This document shows, piece by piece, positions 63,470 to 64,000 of a stretch of 64,000 nt of DNA. Origin of the DNA: the human T2T-CHM13v2.0 reference genome, Homo sapiens; the NCBI RefSeq assembly GCF_009914755.1, contig NC_060930.1. One strand, given 5' to 3'. Below the pieces are notes generated by a model. It searched no databases. It was not told the DNA's origin and saw nothing but the letters and a program-made list of their open reading frames with translations. The translations under genes were made by a program, and so were the position numbers. The number at the start of each line of letters is the position of its first letter. Positions within the stretch are counted from its first letter, which is position 1.

Positions 63470-64000
63470 TGAAGGGGCCAAGGGGGCCACGGGTGGCATT
63501 CCCCTTGGACCTCTGAAGGGTCACTGAAAAATCAACTTGTAAAAGGCAGATTATTTATTTAATGTGTATTCACAAGGAGCCTTCAGAATGAAGACCCAAA
63601 GATACAGGGGAAACTGTCTATTTTTATGCATAGGTTCAACAAAGTATGAACAGCTGTGTAGAAATATGACTGGACAGTAAGGGTAAGCTCTAATGCTAAT
63701 AGACTCAGAGGGGCAACCCAGCAAGCCCTGTCTATTCAGATTCTTCTTGGTCTGTCTGTGCAGCATTCCTTTTTCCAAGGTAAGAGGACCCTTCCCTGAA
63801 TAAGGGTCTTATAACCTACAATCAGATTAGAGTCCTGCCTTGGGCAGGTGAAAGGAAGGCAGGAAAAGGTCAGAGAGAAAGATTCTGCTTTCTGAGACCT
63901 GCTTCTGGGGTCTAAAGCACTCCAATATTATAACCAAAGACTGTAGCAAGGGCAACGGGAGTTATGAGCCAGGAACCATATTAACATGTAATAATCACAA
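63470..64000. mobile_element. ERV1-class LTR (subfamily not determined)
   Basis: LTR-like text ctctgaagggtcactgaaaaatcaact...gttatgagccaggaacc; recognition only. Confidence 0.5.

Overview
Human (primate) genomic DNA, recognised from the translated exons as the SLC25A27-TDRD6-PLA2G7 locus on chr6p. It contains: (i) the last six coding exons of SLC25A27/UCP4 (+, 25-14103, with a 3'UTR to about 15.8 kb); (ii) the whole of TDRD6 (+, CpG-island promoter at about 25.1-26.7 kb, a 6046-nt first coding exon plus three small exons, 2096 aa); (iii) all 11 coding exons of PLA2G7/Lp-PLA2 (-, 60544 to 42213, 441 aa; non-coding exon 1 lies beyond the window), arranged tail-to-tail with TDRD6. The rest is intron or intergenic DNA with 12 Alus, L1/L2/MIR relics, MaLR/ERV LTRs, hAT/mariner MITEs and microsatellites. 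There is no prokaryotic-type system (no CRISPR, rRNA or tRNA), and I cannot support a wholly new biological system here. The best leads are a spliced antisense RNA skeleton running from the TDRD6 CpG island through the SLC25A27 3'UTR, a cryptic 19-aa repeat in the TDRD6 acidic linker, a myeloid motif cluster in PLA2G7 intron 3, a MYB/E-box/CRE triplet upstream of TDRD6, back-to-back poly(A) signals of TDRD6 and PLA2G7, and an intronic copy of PLA2G7 exon 9 that carries the V279F base. Exon boundaries were read by hand from GT/AG sites and frame continuity. Repeat boundaries and subfamilies are approximate.
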